DNA of 64,000 bases from NCBI GenBank assembly GCA_964016885.1, contig OZ024743.1:100812001-100876000 (forward strand). The letters are read 5' to 3'. This DNA comes from Eledone cirrhosa. Taxonomy: Eukaryota. Each line of letters opens with the position of its first letter. The first letter of the stretch is position 1. The notes under the pieces are model-generated. The model searched no databases. It was not told where the DNA came from and saw only the letters and a list, made by a program, of their open reading frames with translations. Shown piece after piece: positions 1 to 14,325 of the stretch. The position numbers and the translations under genes are program-made.

Positions 1-58
1 ATGCACTGGGTAATTTGCTGGCCTTGTGCCAAAAGTAGAAACAATTATATATATATAT

Positions 59-412
59 ATATAAAGAAAAAGAGATGAAATCGAAAATGCAACTGGAGTC
101 TTATTTTTTTTTAAAATATATATTTATTTGGTTCCTTTACCGGTTTCGCAGTTCTTCTGCTTTTCAAAAGGTGAGTTGAGATGGAGGGTCTGAGGTTTTT
201 CTGTGGTGAGAAAAACCACAGACCCTCCATCTCAACTCACCTTTTGAAAAGCAGAAGAACTGCGAAACCGGTAAAGGAACCAAATAAATATATATTTAAA
301 AAAAAAATAAGACTCCAGTTGTATTTTCGATTTCATCTCTTTTTCTTTATACTTTCACTCGTGTAGGACACCTCGGTTATTTTTCATTTTGTAAAAAAAA
401 CCTCACTTTCTA
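59..412. mobile_element. PLE pLTR-derived fold-back element: ~145-bp inverted arms (59-202 / 209-351) plus unpaired tail, between (TA)n tracts
   Basis: Arms are near-exact reverse complements around a gtggtg loop; each arm contains an HHR-like motif. Confidence 0.75.
240..277 (+). ncRNA. Minimal type-I hammerhead-like motif with variant core; mirror copy in the left arm
   Basis: cctt-TTGAAAA-gcag(aagaa)ctgc-GAAA-ccgg-TA-aagg: stems I and II pair, palindromic stem III ACCGGT, GUA site; core deviates from CUGANGA. Confidence 0.6.
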
Positions 413-424
413 ATATATATATAT

Positions 425-682
425 CAGAGGAGACTGAGGTTGGCTGGACATGCTCACCGACATCCAGAGTTGACATTGCACTCAGTGCTCCTTTGGGAGC
501 CCCTACATGGACACACTAGAAGAGGAAGACCAAGGTTAACATATGTTGATGCCCTAAGGACAGACACTGGTCTGTTGGAGATGCAGGATATGGCAGCGAT
601 AATGAGGGACAGAGACCGCTGGAGAGAACTCGTCCATGGATCTCGGGAATTTTACCCGCCTTAGATAGATAGATAGATAGAT
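425..682 (+). mobile_element. RTE-clade LINE 3' fragment with (TAGA)n tail
   Basis: LAGHAHRHPE...LLWEP...RRGRPRLTYVD...DRDRWR matches the RTE C-terminal pattern; followed by tagatagata. Confidence 0.75.
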
Positions 683-692
683 ATATATATAT

Positions 693-1068
693 GCAGAGGT
701 TATATTTAATTTGTTGGGATTCAACAAGCTTAAAAATGTTTATAACTGATATAAAGCACTCAACAGTTTGGTGAAGTAAATATACAATATATTAATAAAT
801 GGAAACTATATTTATAAAACCATATTTATTTTATTATACATATTTCAAGGGCAACCAAGGCAAATTATGGTGCGCTTTTATCAGATAAAATACAGATTTG
901 TTTTATAAATAAATATTGACATACCCGGAAAAAAAAAGACAACCTTAACTCCAACTGTTAAGGTTGTCTTTGTATCTGATGAAAGCGCACCATAATTTGC
1001 CTTGGTTGCCCTTGAAATATGTATAATAAAAGAAATATGGTTTTATAAATATAGTTTCCATTTATTAA
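693..1068. mobile_element. Solo pLTR of the Naiad-type PLE family with fold-back arms (792-886 / 973-1068)
   Basis: 693-925 is homologous to 6869-7100; the right arm has CTGATGA-aag...ctt-GAAA-tatgta; a central small hairpin lies at 936-971. Confidence 0.75.
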
Positions 1069-1198
1069 TATATATATATATATAGATAATTTAATATATC
1101 AACTAACATAAGCGCACAGATGCACGCCCATGCCAGCAAATACACAGGTTATGTCATAGTACCTAGGTGGTTCAATGCAGGAGGATGCAGAACAATAA

Positions 1199-1270
1199 TA
1201 TAAAAGACGTAAAATAAGAAAATCCTTTAAAAAATTTTTTAAAGGATTTTCTTATTTTACGTCTTTTATA
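1199..1270. repeat. 72-bp perfect palindrome next to (TA)n
   Basis: tataaaagacgtaaaataagaaaatcctttaaaaaa|ttttttaaaggattttcttattttacgtcttttata. Confidence 0.9.
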
Positions 1271-1789
1271 TATATATATATATATTCTACCTACCTATTT
1301 CGCCACTTTCTACTCAGACCCCTCTTTCTTCACCTCCCTTTCTCCCTCTCACTTTCACCCCCTCGTCTGACCCTTTAGCAGTTCCTTTCTCACTCACAAC
1401 TGCGGCCATCAGACGTGTCTCTCCTTCCTCTCGATTACTCGGTCTTGAACGTAAGTTCTATTATCGAGTGATCTTCGATCTCCTACCTATAGTTGCTCGC
1501 ACATTGCTCGGTTTCTCTTGTTTTTCGCTGTTTTGTTACTGTTTCTCTTTTCTTCCTCTTTGCTTTCCTTCCCTCCTTCCTTCATTTTCTCAATAACTTA
1601 TCCAGTTATTGACGCCCTGGGGTGAAGTGGTATCTTGTCTTTAAAGCGTAGAAATATCCTAGACCCCCAGTAGACAACTGATGAGGAAAACTCCCCCCTC
1701 CTGTTCTTGCTTTCTTCGTATTCCCACTGCATTTTAAGTTACCTCACAGCCATTTCTATTCTCTCTCTCTCTCTATATATATATATATA

Positions 1790-1881
<92 letters not shown>

Positions 1882-2025
1882 TGAGAGAGAGAGGAAAGAG
1901 AGAGGGGCTGATATAGGTAATGGATGGGAGGAGTCAGACAATGGCTCATGATATCAGATAGAGATACTTTAGATATGAAGGCTTCATAAATAGATTGAGA
2001 GATAGATATGTTTATTTGCTTATTA

Positions 2026-2067
<42 letters not shown>

Positions 2068-2070
<3 letters not shown>

Positions 2071-2372
2071 GATCACATAGCCTGATCGTTAGAGTGTTCG
2101 GCTCACGATCGTAAGACAGTGAGTTCGATACCAAGCGATGGGTTGTATCCTTCAGAAAGATACTTTTTTCTCGTTGTTTTTGTCCAAACTGCTGGCAAAA
2201 ATGAGTAGTGTCTGTAAATTTAAAAGGCTATCCTTGTGAGGCTGAATCTCCCTGAGAACTACGTTAATGAGACACGTGTCTGTGGCATGCTCTACCACTT
2301 TGCACGTTAATTTCACAATGAGTTGGCTGTTCAGCTGTTTCTAGATCTTTTGTCGTCGAAATCGACGGAGGC
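2068..2372 (+). mobile_element. tRNA-derived SINE, family 2 (CORE-like central domain); other copies at ~29265-29530 and ~41975-42280
   Basis: B-box gagttcgat; gtccttgagcaagaca-like centre; shared gctgaatctcc..gagaact segment. Confidence 0.7.
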
Positions 2373-2756
2373 CCAACACACACACGTACAGTAGATGAAC
2401 GTGTGTGTACTAATCAGTATTTATATAAAGGTGTCTATGTGAAATGTGATAATATGCGTGTGTAATTGTACGGGTGTGTGATATGTGATAAAGTTGTGTG
2501 TGTATGTACACTTCAGCATGAATGTGTATGAGTAATCGCTCGTATCAGTGTTTGTGGATGGTGGTGGTGGGGTAATGGTGATAGGACTGAAGATAGGTAA
2601 GTGAGGAGGGGGAACGTTCCACTTGAGTTGATTTAATTAACCGTTATCGAAATCTAGTAAGTAATGTCACACAACCTTGAATAGTAAGGGTCAACTTCAT
2701 TAGGTGGTATGAGTGGCTGAATAGAATTGTGACGGTAGAGATAAGAATCTATCTCT

Positions 2757-2819
<63 letters not shown>

Positions 2820-3065
2820 TTAAGGATACTATTTATGGTTATGTATATACTAAAACTTTTTATAGTTATATATATTTTAAAGCCTAAACAGTGAAAGACA
2901 GTAATTTATTACTACCTTATTACCAGTAAGATAAATAGCTCAATGTAATAACATTCAGAAATAATATAATATATGTCACCCCACTGTGCATCAATATATA
3001 CATATGTATCTGTATGTCGCTTGCGTTGGAAAGGTGGTCATGTATGTATACAAACATTGAAAAAT

Positions 3066-3110
3066 GCTCCGAAGACTTCAAGCCTCGGTTTGGATGAAAC
3101 AATTGTAAGC
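3066..3110 (+). ncRNA. Type-I hammerhead motif (CCGAAGA core) in a solo PLE end (~2816-3150)
   Basis: gct-CCGAAGA-c ttcaagcc tc ggtttgga t-GAAA-caattg-TA-agc; palindromic stem III. Confidence 0.65.
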
Positions 3111-3142
3111 TAATAAAATGGTTTGAACATAACTTTGATTCC

Positions 3143-3220
<78 letters not shown>

Positions 3221-3267
3221 CACACACACACATATTACATAATATATACACACACACATATATATAT

Positions 3268-3315
<48 letters not shown>

Positions 3316-3399
3316 GTTTATATATGTATGTATATATATATATATGTATATATACACACCAGGTTGAGTATAGGTATCGTATACACACAATGGAACCAA

Positions 3400-3615
3400 A
3401 CTCCCACTGTCACTGCCCCCCCTCTCCCGCTCTTCCTATCTCTCACTATTTTGAGCAAATAGGGGCCCCCACATGCGCTGGCTGCCCCGTGGCCCCGGTG
3501 GACAGAATAGAGAAGGCGTCCCCCCTGAGGATGGTGAGGGAGACGCGTTGGAAGAGTCATTCCACCTCGCGAGGCTCACACCTGCGGGTAGCCACCTCTG
3601 TGCTGATGTTGGTAC
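3400..3615 (-). mobile_element. CRE-like RLE LINE 3' fragment
   Basis: Minus strand reads EVATRRCEPREVE*LFQRVSLTILRGDAFSIL; homologous to 56540-56670. Confidence 0.7.
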
Positions 3616-4459
3616 TCTATATTTAACGAAAGTAGAGAGTAGATATTATAGGGATTCTTTGTCCGTCACCTAAACTTCGATACATTTCGATAGCAGATTG
3701 ATTTCTCAGTTGGTACGAAAACAGTTTAAGATCCGTCAGGCAAATAATCACTATAAAAGTAACACACACACCTAAGTGATGGGAAACAGTGGACAGAGGG
3801 GCCTATGAGGATACGAACCCCATGTATCTATGTTTTGAGGTTCACCACTAGATAGAACTGGTCATTCCGTTTAGTTAATCATGATGTATGAAAAGCACTC
3901 TACGTTAAGCAACTCTTTCATTGTTGTTGTTGAATCCCGTGGCTGGAGCAGGAACGGAGTTAAATATTAGTTTGATTAAAATAACAGCAGGCCGGAATGG
4001 TAATGTTCTTTAAAGTTTTATTTAAAACTTTAAAAGAACACTACCAGTACGGCTGTTATTTTAATCAAATTACTTATATAAAGGGAATGTCCATCCTTTT
4101 TATATAAGCTAAATGAGTGGGGGTGGGGGTGGGGGTGTATAACTCAACGAAACTTAACTACCTGTAAATGTCACTGTTGTCTAATTATATATATCCGCCG
4201 AGGTTAGCTTTGCCTTTGATCTTTACAGGGTCGATAAATTAAAGTACCAGTAATGTACTAGGGCGTTTTAATCGACTTCCCCTCCCCCAAAATGGTGGGC
4301 CTTGTGCCTAAATCAGAAACCATTATGGAAATTGCTGATATTGTTATCGGAGTTGATACTGTTGTTGCTGTTATTGTTGTCCTCGTTGCTTGTGATATTG
4401 TTGTTGTATCTGTTGTGGTTATTGTTTAACCCTAATGAGAGAAATATTGGTAGAGTGAT

Positions 4460-4700
4460 GTATATTTCATTATAACTACAAAGCTATATGAGTGACTTGA
4501 GGGCACTTTTCAGTTTTAAAGAGGTCTCTTATGTATGAAGCTCCTGGTCCTGTAGTTATGGGTTCAGAACACAGTCTTGTGAGTGTAATTTGGTAGTCGG
4601 AAACAGCAGGGCCAGGTGGTTCGTACATAAGAGACCTCTTCAAAACTGAAAGGTGCCCTCAAGTCACTGGTATAGCTTTGTAGTTATAATGAAATATACA
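4460..4700. repeat. Inverted repeat with ~92-bp arms (4460-4552 / 4608-4700)
   Basis: gtatatttcattataactacaaagctata...gtcctg versus caggg...tatagctttgtagttataatgaaatatac. Confidence 0.8.
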
Positions 4701-5184
4701 TTACACTACCACACACACACACGCCTACACCTCCACTTATTCTCTCTCACACACACACATACACACACAAAGACCAGTTCTAACACGAGAGGGCATCTAT
4801 CCCCCACATTTACGTATAGACATATCTTCCCACACTCACACACACACACACACATACTTACACCTTCACGTATTCTCCCACACACTTAAACATACATTTA
4901 TCGTTTTCGGTACGCCCGACCGACTAACTCACTCGATATGCAAATTAGGCTGCTCAGCCGTTAATAGGCATAAGGAAAGTATATACATTCAAAGGTTCAA
5001 TCAACTGACAGGAAGGTATACGGTGTTGATGACAGCTAATAAGCTAGAAACTAGTTCATCGTTCCTTTGTCACCGTTGAACAAATAGGGCAGCGATGGTT
5101 GCCGAACACTGTACGGCTAATAATTCGGGCTGTTTGTTTACAAACAAACCGAGCATTATAATAAATGTTCGGTAAACCCATACA

Positions 5185-5188
<4 letters not shown>
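4701..5188 (+). mobile_element. Penelope 3' UTR/pLTR fragment
   Basis: 4765-4890 is homologous to 55128-55251, the 3' UTR of the Penelope ORF; carries an HHR at 5021-5061; ends in (TA)n. Confidence 0.75.
5021..5061 (+). ncRNA. Minimal type-I hammerhead motif (TTGATGA core)
   Basis: cggtg-TTGATGA-cagctaataagcta-GAAA-ctag-TT-catcg; palindromic stem III AACTAGTT. Confidence 0.65.
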
Positions 5189-5242
<54 letters not shown>

Positions 5243-5247
5243 CAGGC

Positions 5248-5288
<41 letters not shown>

Positions 5289-5458
5289 CTACTATGCGTC
5301 TGTATACATATATGTATGTACGTATACATACTTACATTTAAGTATCAGCCGCACTAAGAGTGAGAAATGAAATTTCATTTTTTCCATTTATATATATATA
5401 TAGCTGTACAACGAGAGAAACATTAGTAGATATGTGTGTGTGTGTGTCCACATATAAA

Positions 5459-6829
5459 TCTATACTTATAAAAAGGAAGTTTATTTGTACGTTGACCGCT
5501 AATAACAGTAAATTAAATTGGTAATAATTAAGGTTTTACGTAAGTTTTCAACTAGTTTGACCTCTGACATATTCGCTATCGACTTATTTTCCAACAACGG
5601 AATGTGGGGGTGGGGGTGGGGCTATAAAGTATGTGTGTAAATACATCAACAATGGCTTCAATGATGCCATTTTGCACTACAAAAATGAAATATTCCTGAC
5701 GAAGTGTCCAACTTCCAGCAGGGCCGATATATCAGCAGTAGGGGAGGGGGGTGCAAGGGGTTGACCCTCGGATATATCCAGCCTCGGGTATTTCTTCTGT
5801 GGAATATTATTCTTTTCTGTTTTTTTCTCGTTTGTTTCCGATCGATCTGACATCCGACTCACGCGCCAACGATTCCATTTTCCGAAAACGGAGGCGGTGA
5901 GGGATGGGGGACCCTCGGATTTACAAATAAGCACTTCTCAGCCCTTTAAATTTATAGAAAAGCACCCGCTGGGGAGCGCGAAGAAAACTTTTCTTAGGCT
6001 TTTTCGTGCGTTTTCAACTAATCTGACCTCCGACACGCTCGCAATCGTCTTTTCCGAAAACGGAATTGGTGAGAGGAGGAACCATTGGAGATTACTTCAG
6101 TGGGAATAACAGAGGCGGGAAAGGTGAGGGACCCTCGGTCTTTATACTGAAGGATGTTTTGATCCTTCATCATTTTGTTACTTCTGTGGAAAGCGGTGTA
6201 AACTTAATTAATCAAGTGTTCCCCAATTTCGAAATCCACAATTTCAACGTGGAATGGCTGTGAGAAAGAACAATCCTTGCCACCCAAAACATCACAGGGA
6301 ATGATATCAACAAAAATCTCTCACAAATGATCCTTGGATGTAACCAGACCTATAAATCTATCGACAAAGTTGTCAATGAGGACGAAGCTGTTCACTATCC
6401 CGTTTCTAATAATTGCAATTCCCTATGAGAGTCAGTCATGCAATGACCATTATCAAGTCCCAAGGTCAAACACTGCAGGTTGTCAGTCTCCATCTAGAAG
6501 AGCGCTGTTTCTCACATGGTCCATTGTATATAGGTTGTTCCAGAATAGGAAGCCCCCAGAAACTTTTCATATATGCCCCAAATAAAAATATTAAAAACAT
6601 TCTTTATACTGAAGTTCTGTAAATGTTTTATAATTTTCATAGTATACATTTTTCTGGTATTTTCTTTATTACTTCCTGTATTTATATATTCTAAATAAAT
6701 TTTAAAAATTATGTCATGCAATATTTAAATATATTTTAACAGCTTATATTTTAAGGAAAATGATCATTACGATAGATGCCAATAGGTGCCTTATGAATAG
6801 ATTTGAGCACAGTATAGACCGGGAGGCCG

Positions 6830-6833
<4 letters not shown>
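5459..6833 (+). mobile_element. Internally deleted Helitron
   Basis: 5' A|TCTATACTTATAAAA; PIF1-helicase remnant; GC-rich 3' end gaccgggaggccgCTAA|T (degenerate CTRR). Confidence 0.7.
6240..6622 (+). pseudogene. Helitron Rep/Hel PIF1-like helicase C-terminal remnant
   Basis: QFPMRVSHAMTIIKSQGQTL...CFSHGPLYIGCSRIG corresponds to PIF1 motifs V/VI (AMTINKSQGQT, GQLYVACSRV). Confidence 0.85.
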
Positions 6834-6871
<38 letters not shown>

Positions 6872-7004
6872 AAAGTTCTATTTAAATTGTTGGGATACAA
6901 CAAGCAAATATTATTATAACTGATATAAAGCACTCGACAAATATTTGGAGTAGATATACAATATTAATAAATGGAAACTATATTTATAAAACCATATTTA
7001 TTTC

Positions 7005-7059
7005 ATTATATATATTTCAAGGATACCAAGTTAAATGATGGTATGCCTTCATCAGACAA
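7005..7059 (-). ncRNA. Hammerhead-like motif in the Naiad pLTR
   Basis: Reverse complement: CTGATGA-aggcatacca...tggtatcctt-GAAA-tatata; stem I is weak. Confidence 0.55.
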
Positions 7060-8797
7060 AATACAATATATAACAGTTTTACAAATAGATATTGACGTAC
7101 CCTTTCAAAAAGGTGACCGTTGCTTTTGGAGGCCACCCGGATAGTGGTTTGTTTACTTTAGTAAGTCATAGTGTTAAGAGTAAGTAAAAAGATGAAGAGA
7201 GAGAGAGAGAAACGTGGAGAAAAGAAAGGGAAAGATAGATAAAGAAAAAGAAGAAAGCAAAAAGAAAAGAGAACAGAGGAAAAATAACAGGGAGATATCA
7301 AAACATCAGACAGAGAAAGAACACAAGAGAGAGATATGCAGAGATAGAGAGAGGGGGGAGAGAACGAAAACCTTAAGTTATGTCATATTAAGTTGAGTTA
7401 ACAATTGAGATGAAATGAATAAATAAAATTAGAAATATTAATATTCGTGAATGGAATATAGATATATAATATGAGAAATTACACATTGTTTAATTATTAT
7501 TATATATTTAGTTTAAAAATTGAGATCAATATATTAAAAATTGGAATTTAAACATTATAAAATATATATATTGCTAGAGAGATTATCTATCGTATATCAC
7601 ATATACATAGGCAAAGGTACATAAATATATATATATACTCACTCACTCAGAAAATACATATTATATCTACTCCCGCACATAATGTATACATACAAAGCAT
7701 AAGTGATTTTTTATTTATTGCTATACATTCCTTGTGTTATTAATTAAAAAAATTTAGTATATATATATAAATATATAGGATTAACTTTTCTGCATTTATG
7801 GCTGTTAAATTATGCATATCTGCAATCAAAAGCTGCATGTGTAAGCCTGTACATTCACACCCATAATTCTTAGCTATACATGAATAGATATGTGTGTGCA
7901 TCTTCAATTGGTATACACGTGTCACTCATGCATATATACAGACAGACATATAATCACAAAAAACAAACAAACATATAACACATGTATATGTATGTCAACA
8001 CACACATATAGATACATAAGCCGTACATAGACATAAGTATACATCAATATATAACATAGTACAATTGAGTATATAAAATACAAAAGGATTATATTTTGGA
8101 AATATAATTATATAAATATAACTTAAAAAGCAAACGAATTCTACAAACATCAAAATACTAAAATATCCCAAAATATTATAGAATATTTCAAGTTAAAATA
8201 ATATGTTTAATATATTTAGCATAGAAATTTATCTTACGTATATTTTAATCAAGACATTGAAAGGACAAACTTTTGAAAATTATGAGAAGCTTTCAGAATA
8301 AAAAAAAAAAAAAAAAAAAATAAAATGAATCTAATAAAAAAAAAAAAATGAATCTAATAAAAAAATAAATAAAATGAATCTGATAAAAATAAAAATAAAA
8401 TATTATAACTTAAAAAACAAGGATTCTACAGATATCAATATATTAAAAAATATTAAAAATTAAAAAAAAAATATAAAAAAAAAAAAAAAATGTTTTTAAA
8501 TCCCTTAAAACAATTTTTTAGAAAAAATTAAAAAAATTTTTTTTTTAAATCTTTAAAAATGTTTAAATATAGAATATTTTAAGCTAAAATAATATGTTTA
8601 GTATAGAAATTTATCTTACGTATATTTTATTCAAGATATTGAAAGGATAAACTTTTCTAGAATAGTTTATATTTATAATTATATTTATGAAGAAAATTTA
8701 TACTTGGGTACTTAACCAAAGAAAATGAAAAAGGTGAAGGAATCTAATGATTTATCGACAGGTTTCGTATATTAACTAAATTATTTAATTAATTAAA

Positions 8798-10680
<1,883 letters not shown>

Positions 10681-11018
10681 TTTGCAACGGGTCACTTTGT
10701 GGCTCAATGAAGAGTTAATAAATTAAATAATCAGAGCTATATATCATAAAACATGTCTATAGAATCACCAGATAAAATATATACCATTTCCTTTCTCAAC
10801 TAGCATAATTAACCATATAAAAAATCGATTAGACCAAGCTATAAGAATAAAGGCTTCTATGAAGAAATCTCCGATAAATAACCGAAAGCAGCCCTTCGCG
10901 CCGGCTGCGACGGGCATTTATCGAGTATTTCGACAGCGTGTACAAATCGCCCAGATATACAGTCAACAAGCAGAGTTAGGTGTAAAATAAACTAGGAGAA
11001 AAGTTAACATATTTAGTT

Positions 11019-11096
11019 ACCTCTACCATGGTTTCGTCCGCATTTTAAGATATCCGATAACATCGGGCATCCAGAGCATCGGGCTCTTCAGGAAGT
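11019..11096 (-). ncRNA. Type-I hammerhead with extended stem II (unit 1); identical copy at 11773-11850
   Basis: Reverse complement: acttc-CTGAAGA-gcccg...cggac-GAAA-ccatgg-TA-gaggt. Confidence 0.75.
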
Positions 11097-11296
11097 TAGC
11101 TCAAACTTAGACAATAAATTTTCCAAAGTGATCGCGCCAAGAATACATTCAAAAATGGCTAAGAATCGTGACGTAGCAGCGGTCAGATTAGAAAGGATGT
11201 GATTGGTTGCTTACGGCTGGTGGCATTTTGCTAGAAAGCGTAGCACAATACAGCCAAAATTGCATCTCAACCTAAGGGAGATTATTACATATAAAG

Positions 11297-11432
<136 letters not shown>

Positions 11433-12050
11433 GTTTCGCAACGGGTCACTTTGTGGCTCAATGAAGAGTTAATAAATTAAATAATCAGAGCTATATATCA
11501 TAAAACATGTCTATAGAATCACCAGATAAAATATATACCATTTCCTTTCTCAACTAGCATAATTAACCATATAAAAAATCGATTAGACCAAGCTATAAGA
11601 ATAAAGGCTTCTATGAAGAAATCTCCGATAAATAACCGAAAGCAGCCCTTCGCGCCGGCTGCGACGGGCATTTATCGAGTATTTCGACAGCGTGTACAAA
11701 TCGCCCAGATATACAGTCAACAAGCAGAGTTAGGTGTAAAATAAACTAGGAGAAAAGTGAACATATTTAGTTACCTCTACCATGGTTTCGTCCGCATTTT
11801 AAGATATCCGATAACATCGGGCATCCAGAGCATCGGGCTCTTCAGGAAGTTAGCTCAAACTTAGACAATAAATTTTCCAAAGTGATCGCGCCAAGAATAC
11901 ATTCAAAAATGGCTAAGAATCGTGACGTAGCAGCGGTCAGATTAGAAAGGATGTGATTGGTTGCTTACGGCTGGTGGCATTTTGCTAGAAAGCGTAGCAC
12001 AATACAGCCAAAATTGCATCTCAACCTAAGGGAGATTATTACATATAAAG

Positions 12051-12178
<128 letters not shown>

Positions 12179-12323
12179 GTTTCGCAACGGGTCACTTTGT
12201 GGCTCAATGAAGAGTTAATAAATTAAATAATCAGAGCTATATATCATAAAACATGTCTATAGAATCACCAGATAAAATCTTGGCGCGATCACTTTGGAAA
12301 ATTTATTGTCTAAGTTTGAGCTA

Positions 12324-12401
12324 ACTTCCTGAAGAGTCCGGTGCTCTGGATGCCCGATGTTATCGGATATCTTAAAATGCGGACGAAACCATGGTAGAGG
12401 T
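12324..12401 (+). ncRNA. Type-I hammerhead with extended stem II (inverted copy; perfect stem II base)
   Basis: acttc-CTGAAGA-gtccg...cggac-GAAA-ccatgg-TA-gaggt; palindromic stem III ACCATGGT. Confidence 0.8.
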
Positions 12402-12674
12402 AACTAAATATGTTCACTTTTCTCCTAGTTTATTTTACACCTAACTCTGCTTGTTGACTGTATATCTGGGCGATTTGTACACGCTGTCGAAATACTCGAT
12501 AAATGCCCCGTCGCAGCCGGCGCGAAGGGCTGCTTTCGGTTATTTGTCGGAGATTTCTTCATAGAAGCCTTTATTCTTATAGCTTGGTCTAATCGATTTT
12601 TTATATGGTTAATTATGCTAGTTGGGAGAGGAAATGGTATATATTTTATCTGGTGATTCTATAGACATGTTTTA

Positions 12675-12769
<95 letters not shown>

Positions 12770-12771
<2 letters not shown>

Positions 12772-13169
12772 CATACGTTAAGAATAACGTTCGTGAAAGT
12801 GAAAGTAAATTTTCTGACAAGTGAATTTTTTTTTTTTTTTACAGTGAAAGTTACGATATACACGCAATTGCATGGATTTCTTGTTTGTTTATTTACAACA
12901 GGTCTCTATAGTGATATGGTGTTAATTAGTATTGCGTGTGTGATTATTTTTTCTTATATATATATGTGTGGGTGTGTATATATATGTGTGTCTGTATGTA
13001 TATATATATGTGTGTTTGTATATATATATGTGTTTGTGTCATCATCATCGTTTAGATGTTTTTGTAATATCTTGCCAAAGTTGGCACCAACTATCTGTCC
13101 CCAAAGAAATTAAGGCCGGGTCATAAGAAGGACAGAGAATGATAAGGGATTTGGGTCACTGTGTGTGTA

Positions 13170-13219
<50 letters not shown>

Positions 13220-13381
13220 CACACGCGTAACATTCGTTGGATTTTCACCCTGAAACAGCATTTACACCCGGATTTTACATACAATTGCGTGTGTATCGTA
13301 ACTTTCATTGTAAAAAAACAAAAAAACAAATTCACTTGTCAGAAAATTTACTTTCACTTTCACGAACGTTATTCTTAACGT

Positions 13382-13386
<5 letters not shown>
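12770..13386. mobile_element. MITE-like element with ~100-bp TIRs in (TA)n
   Basis: ggcatacgttaagaataacgttcgtgaaagtgaaagtaaattttctgacaagtgaa... (12770-12873) is mirrored at 13279-13386. Confidence 0.75.
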
Positions 13387-13457
<71 letters not shown>

Positions 13458-13584
13458 TGTATATATAGTGTATTTTGCAATACACTGTATGCTTAATTAA
13501 AAGCATTTCGAAAGACCTTATGCTATTGTTTTAGAGTAGTGACAGACTCACTTACTTTAATTTTCAGCAAACAGGGGGAGATAA

Positions 13585-13629
13585 AGCTGACAAAGCCTGG
13601 TTTCGCATTTATTGATGCTTATCAAAGCC
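13585..13629 (-). ncRNA. Degenerate hammerhead motif in a solo PLE end (~13470-13765)
   Basis: Reverse complement: ggct-TTGATAA-gcat caataa atgc-GAAA-ccaggctttg-TC-agct; flanks can extend the pairing. Confidence 0.55.
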
Positions 13630-13800
13630 AACTACTCCTCCTGTCTGTTGAAATCATGGATGTTTGGTTCTTATAGAATTCTAGTAAATAATCAGGAACT
13701 GATTATACAGAGCGGTTGCCGGTCAAGCAGAAATTGAAAATTAGAATTGGTGCTCTGAAATAGCTATATATATATGAATGTATATATAGTATATATATAT

Positions 13801-13853
<53 letters not shown>

Positions 13854-14325
13854 TATGTATATGGTTATGTGTTGTAGGTTTAGATGTGTTTTTTTCTCTT
13901 GTGTATATGCAAGTCAGAAGGGAAAAGTTTGCGTGTATCCGGAAACTACATGCTATATAATTAAAACAAGGTATATTACACACACGTGTATGTTTGTGTG
14001 TGTCTAGGGATCGGTTTTTCTTTTAAACATGTCACATTGAACGTTAACTAACCCTGGTTACTTTCGTAGTTCATTTCATGGGTGTTGTATCTAATTGGTA
14101 TTTTAGTTTGCATTATTTGTTAAGAAAACTTCCGGGGTAACACGCACATTTTCTCGTCAGTTGACTTATGTATTTACCAGAAGCTCAAGTATCACAGAGG
14201 TCAACTTTCCCTTTTACACTTTCGAGGTTAGTAAAAAAAAATAAATAAAAGGACCATTCAAGTACTGAGGTTAGTTTTCTCTCTCAGGAAGAAACCGACA
14301 ATATTCCTACCTGAAAAGGGATGGC

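Noticed and set aside
1676-1700. CTGATGAG as a hammerhead core
   Set aside because: No downstream stem II plus GAAA
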